From assembly GCA_031370645.1 (NCBI GenBank), contig JANMQV010000071.1, forward strand, positions 1-64,000: DNA of 64,000 nucleotides, written 5' to 3'. The notes beneath the pieces are model-generated. The model ran no database searches. It was not told the DNA's origin and saw only the letters and a list, made by a program, of their open reading frames with translations. Positions 28,609 through 37,848 of this stretch are shown here, in pieces. How positions within the stretch are numbered: the first letter of the stretch is position 1; every line of letters starts with the position of its first letter. The stretch comes from Candidatus Eiseniibacteriota bacterium (GTDB taxonomy: Bacteria; Eisenbacteria; RBG-16-71-46; SZUA-252). A program made the position numbers and the translations under genes.

Positions 28609-29564
28609 TCTTCGCCCTCGTATCGCTTCTCATCTTCGCCGCCGTCGCCACGCTGGCGGCTGGGATGCTGCTCCGGCGGAAGGAGAAGGACACCGATGCC
28701 GTAAAGACCCGTGTCGGCGGCCGAAAGGCGAAGGCGACCTCTGGCGGCGCCATCGTCGTGGAGCGCGACACGCGGCTCAGTTCGCTTCCGTTCCTCGACG
28801 GCGTGCTCCGGAAGATGTCGTTCTCGCGCCGGATCGAGCTCCTGCTCTACCAGGCCGGAAGCAACATGCGCGTCGCGACCTTCCTGTTGGTCGTCGCCGT
28901 CGCGGCGCTCGCCGGCTACCTGGGCGGATACATCGTCTTCACGCGGCTACTTCATGCGTTCGTCTTCGCGGGGTTGGGCGGTTTCGCCCCCGTTTTCTTC
29001 CTCTTGCAGAAGAAGTCTTCGCGCATGCGCGCCTTCGCCGAGGAGTTCCCCGACGCGCTCGACCTCCTCGTGAGCGCGCTCCGGGCCGGCATCTCGTTCT
29101 CGGCGGCGCTTCAGATCGTTGCCGACGAATCGCCCGAGCCGGTGCGCTCGGAGTTCGCCATCGTGGTGGAGGAACAGGCGCTCGGTCTCGACCTCCGCGA
29201 GGCGCTGACGAACATGGCGAATCGCGTCGATTCGCTCGACCTCAAGTTCTTCGTGACGGCGGTCGTCCTCCAGCGGGACACCGGTGGTAACTTGACCGAA
29301 GTGCTGGAGAACACGAGCAACCTGATCCGCGACCGGTTCCGCATTCTGGGCGACATCATGACGTTCACGGCCCAAGGGCGTCTGACCGGACTGATTCTCA
29401 CGTGCCTGCCGCTTGGACTCGGCATCTTCATGGCGATGGTCGCTCCCGACTATTTCCACAAGATGTGGGACCACCATAGCGGCAAAGCGATCCTAGGGTT
29501 CGCCGTGGTGATGCAGATCCTCGGCGGGCTCGCCATCCGTAAGATCGTCGACATCAAGGTGTGA
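28605..29564 (+). CDS. tadB: TadB (T2SS F family)
   Basis: FPDALDLLVSALRAG, QRDTGGNL. Confidence 0.9.
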   Translation: MIFALVSLLIFAAVATLAAGMLLRRKEKDTDAVKTRVGGRKAKATSGGAIVVERDTRLSSLPFLDGVLRKMSFSRRIELLLYQAGSNMRVATFLLVVAVAALAGYLGGYIVFTRLLHAFVFAGLGGFAPVFFLLQKKSSRMRAFAEEFPDALDLLVSALRAGISFSAALQIVADESPEPVRSEFAIVVEEQALGLDLREALTNMANRVDSLDLKFFVTAVVLQRDTGGNLTEVLENTSNLIRDRFRILGDIMTFTAQGRLTGLILTCLPLGLGIFMAMVAPDYFHKMWDHHSGKAILGFAVVMQILGGLAIRKIVDIKV

Positions 29565-29568
29565 CGCC

Positions 29569-30495
29569 ATGTTCCTGATCTCCACCTTCCTGCTTGCTGT
29601 CGCTCTTGCGGTTGGCGTCTACGGGGTCTATTCCTCGATGGTGCGCGACCGTGACCCCGTGGCCATACGGCTCCGCGACCTGCGAACTCGCGCGCTGGCC
29701 GCCCGTCCCGTTCACGACGATGAACGTCCGTCGTTCCTCCTTCAATTCCTCGCCATGCTCGGCGGGTTCCTCCCGGCGGAGGACAGCAAAGAATCGCTCC
29801 AGTCAGGGCTCGTCCGGGCCGGCATTCGGGACGCTACGGCGCCGATGGTGTTCATCGGCGCGAAGATCGTCTGCGCGGTCCTTGCCGCGAGCGGCTGGCT
29901 CACGGTCAATTTCGCCATGGCGCGTCCTCTCGGATCGACGCTCTTCAGCGGATTCGTGGCGGGCGTCGTCGGCTTCTACCTTCCGACGCTTTGGCTCTAC
30001 ATGAAGGGGGAAACGCGCCGCGGAAACATCCAGCGGTCGCTCCCCGACGCACTCGACCTCCTGGTCGTCTGCGTGGAGTCGGGGCTCGGCTTGAACGCCG
30101 CCGTGGAGCGGGTAGGGCGTGAAATCGCGCTCGCCAGCCCGGCCTTGAGCGACGAACTCCTCATGGTGAATCAGGAAATTCGCACCGGCTTGGCCCGCGG
30201 CGAGGCGCTCCGGCGCTTGGCGCGGCGCACGGGCGTCGAGGACGTCTACGCCTTGACCGCCATGATGATCCAGGCGGACCGCCTCGGAACCAGCATCGCG
30301 CAGTCGCTCCGGGCGCACGCCGAGTCGATGCGGACGAAGCGCCGTCAACGGGCGGAGCAGATGGCGCGGAAGGCTGGCATCAAGCTCGCGTTCCCGCTCG
30401 TCTTCCTGATTTTTCCCGCGCTTCTCGTAGTGATCCTGGGCCCCGCCGCGATCCAGCTGATGGAAGCGATCGCGGCCCAGAACTCGACGCGCTGA
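29569..30495 (+). CDS. tadC: TadC (T2SS F family)
   Basis: LPDALDLLVVCVESGLG, KLAFPLVFLIFPA. Confidence 0.9.
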   Translation: MFLISTFLLAVALAVGVYGVYSSMVRDRDPVAIRLRDLRTRALAARPVHDDERPSFLLQFLAMLGGFLPAEDSKESLQSGLVRAGIRDATAPMVFIGAKIVCAVLAASGWLTVNFAMARPLGSTLFSGFVAGVVGFYLPTLWLYMKGETRRGNIQRSLPDALDLLVVCVESGLGLNAAVERVGREIALASPALSDELLMVNQEIRTGLARGEALRRLARRTGVEDVYALTAMMIQADRLGTSIAQSLRAHAESMRTKRRQRAEQMARKAGIKLAFPLVFLIFPALLVVILGPAAIQLMEAIAAQNSTR

Positions 30496-30520
30496 GCGTC
30501 GCTCTAAGGAGGATATTCTC

Positions 30521-30613
30521 ATGGTGATGAAGATCGTGTTGTGGGGACTCGTAGTCGCCTTCGGACTCATGTGGCTCTCGCGCCGCGCCGGAAACAAGCG
30601 TAGCGCCCGCTAA
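30521..30613 (+). CDS. 30-aa single-TM small protein MVMKIVLWGLVVAFGLMWLSRRAGNKRSAR
   Basis: Below the ORF-track cutoff; TAAGGAGG RBS, hydrophobic helix and basic tail. Confidence 0.7.
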   Translation: MVMKIVLWGLVVAFGLMWLSRRAGNKRSAR

Positions 30614-30714
30614 TCCACGCCGAGGCCACCCTCCGACGGGGTCGCGCGATACCGCGCGGCCCCGTTTCGTTTGGAATAGTAGGCCCCGCCCCGGCGTAGT
30701 AGAGTCGGCCCCCG

Positions 30715-31323
30715 ATGACGGCCGCGCGATCCGATCGAACGCAACTCGCGGACGACGAGCTCATCCGGCTTGTTCGCGCTGGGGAGACCGACGCCTTCGC
30801 GGAGCTCGTCCGCCGCACCCGGCGAGACGGCTACCGCCTGGCGCGCCGAATTCTCCGCCGGCACGAGGACGCCGACGACGCATTGCAAGATTCCTACGTG
30901 AAGGCCTTCCGCGCCCTCGACCGTTTCGAGGAAGGCAGGGCGTTCGGCCCCTGGTTCGCCACCATCGTGGCGCGAACCGCCCTCTCGGCCCTGCGGCAGG
31001 AGAAGCGGCGGGCCACGGCCTCCCTCGACGACCCGGCGCCGGAGGGGAACGTGCCGCTCGCGGAGCGCGTCGCCGATCCGGAGCAGGATCCGGCCCTGCT
31101 CGAGCAGTGGCTCCTGGCGGAGCGGGCGTTCGAGGCGCTCTCCGATGAGCACCGCGCCATTCTCGCTCTCCGCGTGGACGCCGATCTTTCCTACGCCGAC
31201 ATCGCCGCGACGCTCGGAGTTCCGCTCGGCACGGTCATGTCGCGGCTCGCCCGGGCGCGCGAAGCGCTCCTCGAGGAGATGCGCGAACTCGCTCCGAAGC
31301 GAAGAATGGTGGACCCCCGATGA
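30715..31323 (+). CDS. ECF sigma factor
   Basis: DADDALQD, F.PW..IV, LSYADIAATLGVPLGTVMSRLARAR. Confidence 0.92.
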   Translation: MTAARSDRTQLADDELIRLVRAGETDAFAELVRRTRRDGYRLARRILRRHEDADDALQDSYVKAFRALDRFEEGRAFGPWFATIVARTALSALRQEKRRATASLDDPAPEGNVPLAERVADPEQDPALLEQWLLAERAFEALSDEHRAILALRVDADLSYADIAATLGVPLGTVMSRLARAREALLEEMRELAPKRRMVDPR

Positions 31324-32570
31324 TGACGAACCATCCCTCCCCCGAAGATCTCTTTGCCTATCGGGACGGCGAGCTCGAACCGGAGAAGCGTAGCCTGATC
31401 GAGGCGCACGTCCTCTCGTGCAGCGCCTGCCTCACGCGGCTGGACGATATGTCCGACGCCGAAGGGATGCTGCGTCAGGGGCTGCAGGATCCGAACGAAG
31501 CCTATTTCGAGCGGATGACCGAATCGGTCATGGGCCGGGTGACGGGAACGGCGCCGGCGGGAGCCGCGGCGGGTGCTCCCGCCCGCGCCGGATCGGCGGA
31601 GCGCCAGAAGAGCGCGGGGGACGAGCCGAAACGGGCACGGGAAGCGGAGTCGCGGGACGAGCGGGCCGGCCGTCGCTCCAAGTTCGACGATGGGCCGCGT
31701 AGCCGCGCCCCTGGGCTCCCCTGGCCGGCGATCCTTTCGGCCGCATCGGCCGCCGCCGCGGTGGTGGTCGTCGTCGTGATGCTGGTGCAGCGGCAGGATG
31801 CCTGGCGGCATGCGCCCGCTCCCGGAGTGGTCGGGCTCGAGGAGAAGAAGAAGGCGGAGCCCTTGGACGTGGTCGCGCCGGAGGACCAGGCGGTGCCGGC
31901 GCCGGCGCCCACCGATGCGAACCGTGAGCAGCCTGCCGAGGGTGGCACCGTCGCCGGTGCGGCGAAAGACGAGCTCTTGGCGAAGTCGGCGGAGCCGCCG
32001 ACCGCGGCGGAGCAGCCGAGCGCGGCGGCGCCGTCGCTGCCGTCGGCCGACCTCGCGCCCGTCCTGAGCGCGAAAGAAGATGCCGCGGGCTCCAAACGCG
32101 AAGGTGAGATCCGAACGCAAAGCGCGGCGGGGGCGCTCCCCGAAGCGGCGGAGCAGAAACAGGGGATCGACCTCGGAGACCGTGTGGACGCGCTACGAGC
32201 CAGAGCCGATGCGGCGGCGCGTTTCGCTCCCACACGGGCCGGCCCCGGTTTCGCCGAGGTGACGGGACGCTACGGACTCCCGCTCGTCTACGACCCGGCG
32301 CGGGTTCCCGGAAGCACCTTGTTGCGAGCGGAGGGTGACCTTCGTCTCCTCTATCAAACCGGTCGCGCCGGCGACGACTCGGCGCGCGTGCGGCTCTACC
32401 TGGCCGAGGCGGCAAGGGAGCGAGGCGCCGGCTCGTTCGACGCGGAGACGTTCGATGCGATCGTGCACCACTACCGCCGTGCCGTGGAACTCGCGCGCGA
32501 CCCGGAGACGGCTCGCATGGCGCGGAAGCGGCTGGAGGATTTCGTGTCGCGGAACGCGCCTCAGGAGTGA
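31320..32570 (+). CDS. Zinc-binding (zf-HC2) anti-sigma factor with TM helix and Ala/Pro-rich extracytoplasmic part
   Basis: HVLSCSAC (HxxxCxxC); coupled to the sigma gene. Confidence 0.85.
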   Translation: MMTNHPSPEDLFAYRDGELEPEKRSLIEAHVLSCSACLTRLDDMSDAEGMLRQGLQDPNEAYFERMTESVMGRVTGTAPAGAAAGAPARAGSAERQKSAGDEPKRAREAESRDERAGRRSKFDDGPRSRAPGLPWPAILSAASAAAAVVVVVVMLVQRQDAWRHAPAPGVVGLEEKKKAEPLDVVAPEDQAVPAPAPTDANREQPAEGGTVAGAAKDELLAKSAEPPTAAEQPSAAAPSLPSADLAPVLSAKEDAAGSKREGEIRTQSAAGALPEAAEQKQGIDLGDRVDALRARADAAARFAPTRAGPGFAEVTGRYGLPLVYDPARVPGSTLLRAEGDLRLLYQTGRAGDDSARVRLYLAEAARERGAGSFDAETFDAIVHHYRRAVELARDPETARMARKRLEDFVSRNAPQE

Positions 32571-32577
32571 CGAGGGG

Positions 32578-33369
32578 TTAGGGCCGACCGCGTCGCGAGC
32601 TTTTCTTCTTCGCTCCGCCCTTCTTCTCGCCACCGCTCTTCTTCACCGCCGCCCTCTTCCGCGATGCCGCTTTCTTCCCTCCGGCGCGGCCCGACTCCTG
32701 CCGAAGCCGCTGCTCGAGGCCGCGCAAGATCGTCTCCTCGGTCGGTGCCAACGAGCCGCCCGACTCGCCGAAGTCGACGATCACCGGCCCGATGCGTCGC
32801 GCCGCGGCGATCGCTTGTTCGGTAAGCGAGGCGCGGCCGATCCCGATCGCAATGAGCGCCATGTTCATGGCATCCCGGACCCGATTCTTGGCGCGGTGGA
32901 TCTCCCGCTCGATCGTCCCGATCGATGGGGCGAAGGCTTCGTCCGGAAGTTCGGGGCGATCGATCGCGAGGAGCGCATGAAGCATCCACCCCGCGCGCGC
33001 GGTCCACTCGCCGCGGGCCGCGATCCACTCCTCCGAGAGCGCCGGCGCCGCCTTGGCGGTCGCCGCCCAGCGGGCGAGCAGATCGGCGATCACATAATTG
33101 TCGAGCGTCCCCGCCCAGGCTCGAAGCCGCGCCGCGGTCGCGCCGCGCTCTCCGGCCACGAGCGTCGCGAGAATGCGCGCATCGTGATTCCGAGTCGCCC
33201 AGAGCGTCTCGGCCATGGTCGGGGAAGTACCGATCTGTTTCGCCAGCGCGCGAAGATGCCGAAACGCCGCTCCGTAGGTCGGCGGCGGGATGCCGTGCCG
33301 CGCGTAGAGCGCTCGGTTCTCGGGGAGTCCCATTGCCTCGAGCGCGGCGAAAATTTGCGGGAGGGTCAC
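32578..33369 (-). CDS. DNA alkylation repair (AlkD-like) protein with Lys/Arg-rich tail
   Basis: LRALAKQIG...LW...HDARILA; NRVRDAMNMALIAIG; GTG overlaps the permease stop. Confidence 0.78.
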   Translation of the reverse strand: MTLPQIFAALEAMGLPENRALYARHGIPPPTYGAAFRHLRALAKQIGTSPTMAETLWATRNHDARILATLVAGERGATAARLRAWAGTLDNYVIADLLARWAATAKAAPALSEEWIAARGEWTARAGWMLHALLAIDRPELPDEAFAPSIGTIEREIHRAKNRVRDAMNMALIAIGIGRASLTEQAIAAARRIGPVIVDFGESGGSLAPTEETILRGLEQRLRQESGRAGGKKAASRKRAAVKKSGGEKKGGAKKKSSRRGRP

Positions 33370-34163
33370 GGGACCAGCCGGCGTTTCATCCGGTGAAGCG
33401 CGAGGATCCCGAAGACGACGGCGCCGATTGCAAGATAGGCGATGCTGTAGGGGATCATCGGGTGCGGCATGCCAAGCGTGGCCGAGCGCACGAGAAGCGA
33501 CACGTGCGTCAGGGGAAGGCACCAGGCGATCGGCTGCGCCCACGTCGGGAGGACGTCGAGCGGGAAGAAGGTCCCTCCGAAGGTGAACATCGGCAGCACG
33601 AAGAGCGACATCGGCACGGTGAAATGGGAGATGTTCGTGACCATCGACGTGATGGTGAGCCCGACCCCCGCGAAGAAAAAGCCGCCAAGAACCGCGATGG
33701 GGAGGACGAGGAGTCCGGTCGGCCAGGAAACGAGCCCGAACGCCGAGATGACCCCGAGCATCACGGTCGCGGCGAGCAGCGACTTCGTGGCGGCGAAGAG
33801 CATCTCGCCCAGGATCACGTCCTCCACGAGGAGCGGCGTGGCCAGGATGGCGTCGAAGGTCTTCTGGTAGTACATGCGGATGTACGACGCGTACGTCATC
33901 TCGAGGTACGACCAGAAGAGAATCGACACGGCGACGGTGCCGGGCGCGAGGAAGTGGAGGTAGTCGACGACGCGCCCCTGATAGTGGAGCGTCCCGATCA
34001 GACTCCCAAGCCCCATGCCGAAGGCGAGCAGATAAAGAATCGGTTCCAGGATGGTCGGGAGCCCCTCGATCGGAAGGGTGACGAGGAAGACATCGATGTT
34101 CCGCCGCCAGACCCGCGTCGCCCGCCACGAGATGTTCCGAAGGAGGTCCACGATCGTTCTCAA
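33366..34163 (-). CDS. ABC-2 permease (NodJ-like)
   Basis: VWRRN, EPILYLLAFGMGLG, QKTFDAILATPL, GTFFPL. Confidence 0.88.
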   Translation of the reverse strand: MRTIVDLLRNISWRATRVWRRNIDVFLVTLPIEGLPTILEPILYLLAFGMGLGSLIGTLHYQGRVVDYLHFLAPGTVAVSILFWSYLEMTYASYIRMYYQKTFDAILATPLLVEDVILGEMLFAATKSLLAATVMLGVISAFGLVSWPTGLLVLPIAVLGGFFFAGVGLTITSMVTNISHFTVPMSLFVLPMFTFGGTFFPLDVLPTWAQPIAWCLPLTHVSLLVRSATLGMPHPMIPYSIAYLAIGAVVFGILALHRMKRRLVP

Positions 34164-35095
34164 TTGCGGAGCGCCCGGCCGGTCCGCTTGAGGAAGACAT
34201 CCTCCAGCGTGGCCCGGCGAATCTGCCGCTCCTGGTCGGGGAAGCGCTCGTCGAAAAAACGCTCCGCCCCCTCGCCGTCCTCCGGATAGAAGAAAAGCCG
34301 GTCGCCGATTTCCTCCAGGCGTCCCGGGAGCGCACGCGCGGCGGCTGTGAACTCCGGCGTGTGGTTCCACGCTTCGATCACGGTGTGCCCGATCTCCTGC
34401 GCGATCAACTCTGTCGGCGCTCCGTCGAGGAGAATCTTCCCGTGATCGACGAGGATGACCCGGTCGCAGAGCTGGGTCGCCTCCTCCATGTAGTGCGTCG
34501 TCAGGAGGACCGTCACGCCGGTGTCGCGAAGGGCGCGGATGCGCGTCCAGATGGAGTGGCGCGCCTGAGGATCGAGCCCCGTGGTCGGCTCGTCGAGGAT
34601 GAGCACGCGCGGCTCATTCACGAGGGCGCGCGCGAGGATGAGCCGGCGCTTCATCCCGCCCGAGAGCGCGTCGACCTTCGACTTGAGGCGATCGCCGAGC
34701 GAGACCGCGTCGAGCAATTCGAGCGCGCGCTTCTTCGCCACGTCGGGGGGGATGTCGAAGTAGCGCGCGTAGACGAGGAGGTTCTTCAAAACGTCGAAGT
34801 CGGGGTCGAGGTTGTCCTCCTGCGGGCAGATACCGAGCATCGCCTTCACCTCGCGCGGCCGGGTGCGGACGTCGATTCCGAACACTTCCGCGCTGCCCGA
34901 GGAGGGGGGAAGGAAGCAGGAGACCATCCGGACGGTCGTCGTCTTGCCCGCGCCGTTCGGCCCGAGGAAGCCGACGACTTCGCCCGCGCCGACCTGAAAC
35001 GAAACGCCGCGCACCGCCTCGGTCTCGCCGTAGGACTTCACGAGATCGCGCGCGACGATCGCTACTTCATTCGACCTCGATTCACGAGACATCAT
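34160..35095 (-). CDS. ABC ATPase (NodI/DrrA-like)
   Basis: GPNGAGKTT, PQEDNLDP, LSGGMKRR, DEPTTGLDPQARH. Confidence 0.92.
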   Translation of the reverse strand: MMSRESRSNEVAIVARDLVKSYGETEAVRGVSFQVGAGEVVGFLGPNGAGKTTTVRMVSCFLPPSSGSAEVFGIDVRTRPREVKAMLGICPQEDNLDPDFDVLKNLLVYARYFDIPPDVAKKRALELLDAVSLGDRLKSKVDALSGGMKRRLILARALVNEPRVLILDEPTTGLDPQARHSIWTRIRALRDTGVTVLLTTHYMEEATQLCDRVILVDHGKILLDGAPTELIAQEIGHTVIEAWNHTPEFTAAARALPGRLEEIGDRLFFYPEDGEGAERFFDERFPDQERQIRRATLEDVFLKRTGRALRN

Positions 35096-35173
35096 GGGTT
35101 CGACTTTAGCACGGTAGGACCGGAGTCTGGATCGGTGCCCCGTGGCGACAGCGGGCGACCGTGCGAAGCGGCG

Positions 35174-36337
35174 CTAGCCCGCGACGAGTAGGCTCGTCAC
35201 GTACATGAGGAGAAATCCCGTCACGAACCCCGCGGCTGCGCGACCCCGTCCCAGCGCCTCCAGGGCCGAGCCGCCCTTGGCCTGTGCCTGCGCCAGAATC
35301 CGAACGACCTGGAAGATGGCGCCGGCGCCGATTCCGAGGAAGAGGAGCGAAAGCGGATCCGAGTAGGTGAAGGCCCCGGCCCACGTGCCGAGAATCGTCG
35401 GCCCGCCTCCGATCAGCCCGAGCATTACGAGATTTCGAGTTGAGGCGTTCCCTTCGACCAGAGGAGAGAGGATCGCCAGTCCCTCGGTCGTGTTGTGGAG
35501 CGTGAAGCCGATGATGAGGAACGAGCCGAGCGCCACCTCGCCGAGCGTGTAGGCCGCCCCGATGGCGAGCCCCTCGCCGAGATTGTGGAGCCCGATACCC
35601 ACGGCGATCAGGATGGCGAGGCTCAACCCGCTCGGCTTCCCCTCGCCCCTCGCCAAGGCGCGGCCGGCGGCGGTGATGCCGAGGAACGCGGCCACGGCGC
35701 CGAGCGCCGTCAGGAGCACCCCGTTCACGAACGACGGTACGCGCCCCGCGATCTCGAGCGCCTCCTTCAGGGTGTCGATGCCGAGGAAGACGAGGAGTCC
35801 CATCGTGAGGGCGAGCCAGAAATCGAGCCAGGCGCGCGGCGCGGCGCGAAGGGCCGGGAGCCAGAGGAGCCCCAGAAATACCGGCGCCACGCCGACGTAG
35901 ACGCCGAGCAGCGCGAAGACCAAGAGGAGCCGCGGGGTCGGGGCGGGAGTCCGCGTGGCAATATCGATCGTCTTGACGTGTCGGATGCCGTTCCCGCTCA
36001 GCACCGTCACGGTGTACGGCTCTCCCTCGATCCAGTCGTACGGGATCGAGATCGTGGCCCCGCCGAGTTTGCCGAGGGTGCGGTCGGGCGTGATCGAGAA
36101 GTCCCAGAGCGCGTCGTTCACGAGGAGCTGTCCCACCTGGAACGGCTCCGGTCCTTCGTTGCGGACGTGGAGGACGATCTCCTGCTGCTTGAACTCCACC
36201 CGCTCGAAGGCGAGCCGCTCGATCGGCGCGGGGGTCAGCGTGAGGAGACGGCTTCCGCCGTTCGCGAACCAGACCACCATCGCCGCCACCAGGACGATCG
36301 GGAGGACCGCCGCGGCGGCCGCCTTCCAGCGGTTCAT
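35174..36337 (-). CDS. ZIP-family metal transporter with N-terminal extracytoplasmic domain
   Basis: GIGLHNLGEGLAIG and LHNTTEG metal-site helices. Confidence 0.88.
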   Translation of the reverse strand: MNRWKAAAAAVLPIVLVAAMVVWFANGGSRLLTLTPAPIERLAFERVEFKQQEIVLHVRNEGPEPFQVGQLLVNDALWDFSITPDRTLGKLGGATISIPYDWIEGEPYTVTVLSGNGIRHVKTIDIATRTPAPTPRLLLVFALLGVYVGVAPVFLGLLWLPALRAAPRAWLDFWLALTMGLLVFLGIDTLKEALEIAGRVPSFVNGVLLTALGAVAAFLGITAAGRALARGEGKPSGLSLAILIAVGIGLHNLGEGLAIGAAYTLGEVALGSFLIIGFTLHNTTEGLAILSPLVEGNASTRNLVMLGLIGGGPTILGTWAGAFTYSDPLSLLFLGIGAGAIFQVVRILAQAQAKGGSALEALGRGRAAAGFVTGFLLMYVTSLLVAG

Positions 36338-36347
36338 CGAGCCGACC

Positions 36348-37334
36348 TCACGGCTTCACCTCGAATTGCCCCAGCCATCCCAGTTCCGCGAACTCGTTCT
36401 GATGCGCGTGGAAGAGATAGCGCCCCGGGAAGGGATACTTGAATTCCAGGATGGCGCGTTCCGCCTGGCCGAGCGTCACGACATCGGTGAAGGTGCTCGG
36501 CGTCATGCTCGTGCCGGTGGGGTAGACGTGGAAAAAGGTGGCGTGCGTGTGCATGGAATTCACGAGATCCAACTCGGTGATGTTCACGAGGTAGACGCGC
36601 TGGAGCTCGTTCACCTTCACCGGAATCGGATAGTCGCGGAAGTAGACGTTCGCGAAGCCGTTGACGGTGTAGATCTCGTTGTCTTCGCCGTTCAGGTCGG
36701 TGTCGAAGCCGTTCATCATCATCACCATTTCGCGCGCCGGAGGGCGCGGCGTCTTCGGATCGATGATGAACACTCCGTAGAGCCCGCGCGCGATGTGCAT
36801 CTTCGCCGGCATGGTGTGACAGTGGTAGAGTTGAAGCCCGTAGGGCTCGGCATTGAAGGCGTAGGTGAACGTGCCGCCGGGCGGCACCTGCTCGAACACG
36901 CCGTCCATCCCCGCGGGGTGGTAGCCGTGGAAGTGCATCGAATGGGGCATCGTCCCGCGATTACTAAAATAGACGCGGATCGAATCGCCCTCGGTGCAGC
37001 GGAGCGTCGGGCCCGGGATGGCGCCGTTGTAGGTCCAGGCGGGAAAGCGGATGCCGGGCGCCACCTCCACTACCTTCTCCTCGGCCCAGACGGTGTATTC
37101 GCGGAGTTTCCTGCCGCCGGGCAGAACGGTGACCTTGCCGGGATCGAATTCGGTGAGAGTGCGAATGGCGTGATCTCGAGCCTGGGCGGAGAGCGAATCA
37201 GCCGAGCCGAGGGGCGCTTTCGCGGGGCCGGCGCCGGTGCCGCAACCCGCCGCGGTCAGGAGCGACGCCGCGACGAACGCTGCCATCGCCGCATGGAGGC
37301 CGCCGCTCCGCGCGTGCCGCGGCGCCGCGGTCAC
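36348..37334 (-). CDS. Two-domain multicopper oxidase lipoprotein
   Basis: HSMHFH, YHCH....HIARGL, SMHTH, FHAH; LTAAGC lipobox; GTG overlaps the upstream stop. Confidence 0.88.
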   Translation of the reverse strand: MTAAPRHARSGGLHAAMAAFVAASLLTAAGCGTGAGPAKAPLGSADSLSAQARDHAIRTLTEFDPGKVTVLPGGRKLREYTVWAEEKVVEVAPGIRFPAWTYNGAIPGPTLRCTEGDSIRVYFSNRGTMPHSMHFHGYHPAGMDGVFEQVPPGGTFTYAFNAEPYGLQLYHCHTMPAKMHIARGLYGVFIIDPKTPRPPAREMVMMMNGFDTDLNGEDNEIYTVNGFANVYFRDYPIPVKVNELQRVYLVNITELDLVNSMHTHATFFHVYPTGTSMTPSTFTDVVTLGQAERAILEFKYPFPGRYLFHAHQNEFAELGWLGQFEVKP

Positions 37335-37717
37335 TTCTTCTCGACCTTCATCTTGCCGCCCATGCCGGGATGCGTGCAGCAGGTGTAGGCGAACTCCCCC
37401 GACTTCGGCATCGTGACGGTCACCTCGCGGCGCTCGCCCGGCTTCAAGGGAGGACCGCACTCTACGTTCATGCCGACGACGCGGAAGTTGTGGAGCACGT
37501 TCGTCGACTCGTCGTTCGTCACGATGAAATGGATCCGCTCCCCGGGCCGGAATTGCAGCGTTGGATTCGATCCGTTGAAGGTGTACTCCCTCATGCTGAG
37601 CGCCACGGTCCGCTCGGGGCCCGCGCCGGACGCGCTGAGGCGCGCCACGAGCGACGGGGCCGCCACGGCGGCGACCGCGAGGAGGAGCAGGATGGGGAAG
37701 AGAACACGTTTCGGCAT
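37331..37717 (-). CDS. Exported cupredoxin-domain protein
   Basis: Signal peptide; HNF...YTCCTHPGM type-1 Cu ligands. Confidence 0.85.
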   Translation of the reverse strand: MPKRVLFPILLLLAVAAVAAPSLVARLSASGAGPERTVALSMREYTFNGSNPTLQFRPGERIHFIVTNDESTNVLHNFRVVGMNVECGPPLKPGERREVTVTMPKSGEFAYTCCTHPGMGGKMKVEKK

Positions 37718-37764
37718 CGGATGGCTCCTCGGGAGTTCGATGATCGGGTCGCCAATCAGTCTGC

Positions 37765-37786
37765 TTTAGGGTAGCCTAAATGTCAA
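37765..37786 (-). promoter_or_regulatory. DtxR/MntR-type operator inside the spacer of the cupredoxin-MCO-ZIP promoter
   Basis: Palindrome TTTAGG-GTAG-CCTAAA (37765-37780) immediately after a perfect TTGACA (37781-37786, minus strand); CAGACT -10 at 17-nt spacing. Confidence 0.8.
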
Positions 37787-37848
37787 GGTACCCCCTAGGC
37801 TAGGGAGTCGCGCCGGGATCCCCCCGCGCCGCAGTCCGAACGGAGCCC

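Noticed and set aside
36348-37334. Copper nitrite reductase NirK
   Set aside because: HCH and HxH motifs in both domains and no axial Met indicate a two-domain multicopper oxidase
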